DNA of 64,000 bases, taken from positions 65,224,001-65,288,000 of the forward strand of contig OX638154.1 in the NCBI GenBank assembly GCA_951804945.1, in the 5' to 3' direction. The stretch's first letter is position 1. The number at the start of each line of letters is the position of its first letter. This stretch comes from Podarcis cretensis (taxonomy: Eukaryota). Shown here piece after piece: positions 63,466 to 64,000 of the stretch. Below the pieces are notes generated by a model. The model ran no database searches and had not been told where the DNA came from. It worked only from the letters and a program-made list of their open reading frames with translations. The position numbers and the translations under genes are program-made.

Positions 63466-63825
63466 GGGATGCGGGTGGCGCTGTGGGTAAAACCTCAGCG
63501 CCTAGGACTTGCCGATCACACGGTCGGCGGTTCGAATCCCCGCGGCGGGGTGCGCTCCCGGCGTTCGGTCCCAGCACCTGCCAACCTAGCAGTTCGAAAG
63601 CACCCCAGGGTGCAAGTAGATAAATAGGGACCGCTTACCAGCGGGAAGGTAAACGGCGTTCCGTGTGCTGCGCTGGCTCGCCAGATGCAGCTGGCCACGT
63701 GACCCGGAAGTGTCTGCGGACAGCGCTGGCTCCCGGCCTATAGAGTGAGATGAGCGCACAACCCTAGAGTCTGGCAAGACTGGCCAGTATGGGCAGGGGT
63801 ACCTTTACCTTTACCTTTACCTTTA
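63466..63825 (+). mobile_element. Sauria SINE, full length, young
   Basis: Head GGGATGCGGGTGGCGCTGTGGG, B box GGTTCGAATCC, (ACCTTT)4 tail and many intact CpGs. The 15-bp TSD CCTAAAATGCTTCCA lies at 63450-63464 / 63826-63840. Confidence 0.96.
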
Positions 63826-64000
63826 CCTAAAATGCTTCCACCTGTACAAAACATATTGTCATATTAAAATTCATAGACTTATAACAGTTACATAACTATA
63901 GCAGTGCAGCAACCATGAGCTGAGAAGTATTTGTAACAAAACCAAATCTCACAGACCTTGCAACAATAGCATGTGCTATTTGAACAGCACGATTGCCACA

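Overview
This is vertebrate genomic DNA from a squamate reptile, most likely a lacertid lizard, judged from its Sauria/POM-type SINEs and a Squam3-like CORE SINE. The window appears to lie inside LRRC7 (densin-180), a neuronal LAP-family scaffold gene, on the + strand. I identified 14 GT-AG coding exons between 24706 and 62013, totalling 3220 nt, that splice in frame. They run from the LRR region (…KSMHKLTQLERLDLGNN…) through the LAP-specific domains and a 1678-nt exon to the cassette exon preceding the C-terminal/PDZ exons. The N-terminal exons and the PDZ exons are outside the window, so 1–24705 is read as the 3' part of one long intron. The introns carry many transposable elements: L1, L2 and CR1 fragments; Sauria, CORE and tRNA-Lys/CR1-tail SINEs; two young Tc1/mariner-superfamily MITEs; two decayed DIRS (tyrosine-recombinase) retrotransposons; and two young Penelope-like insertions. 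The most notable structure is the Penelope-like pair. Each is a near-perfect inverted repeat carrying a minimal hammerhead ribozyme motif on both strands, so the LRRC7 pre-mRNA holds two sense hammerhead cores, each preceded by its own antisense copy. Splicing-related observations are an RBFOX-motif cluster on the cassette exon, a candidate intronic polyA site that would give a PDZ-less isoform, and the apparent absence of a mammalian 83-aa exon. I found no convincing wholly new gene system. Nearly all of the ORF track is noise or TE-derived. Family assignments rest on recalled consensus motifs, not on database searches.
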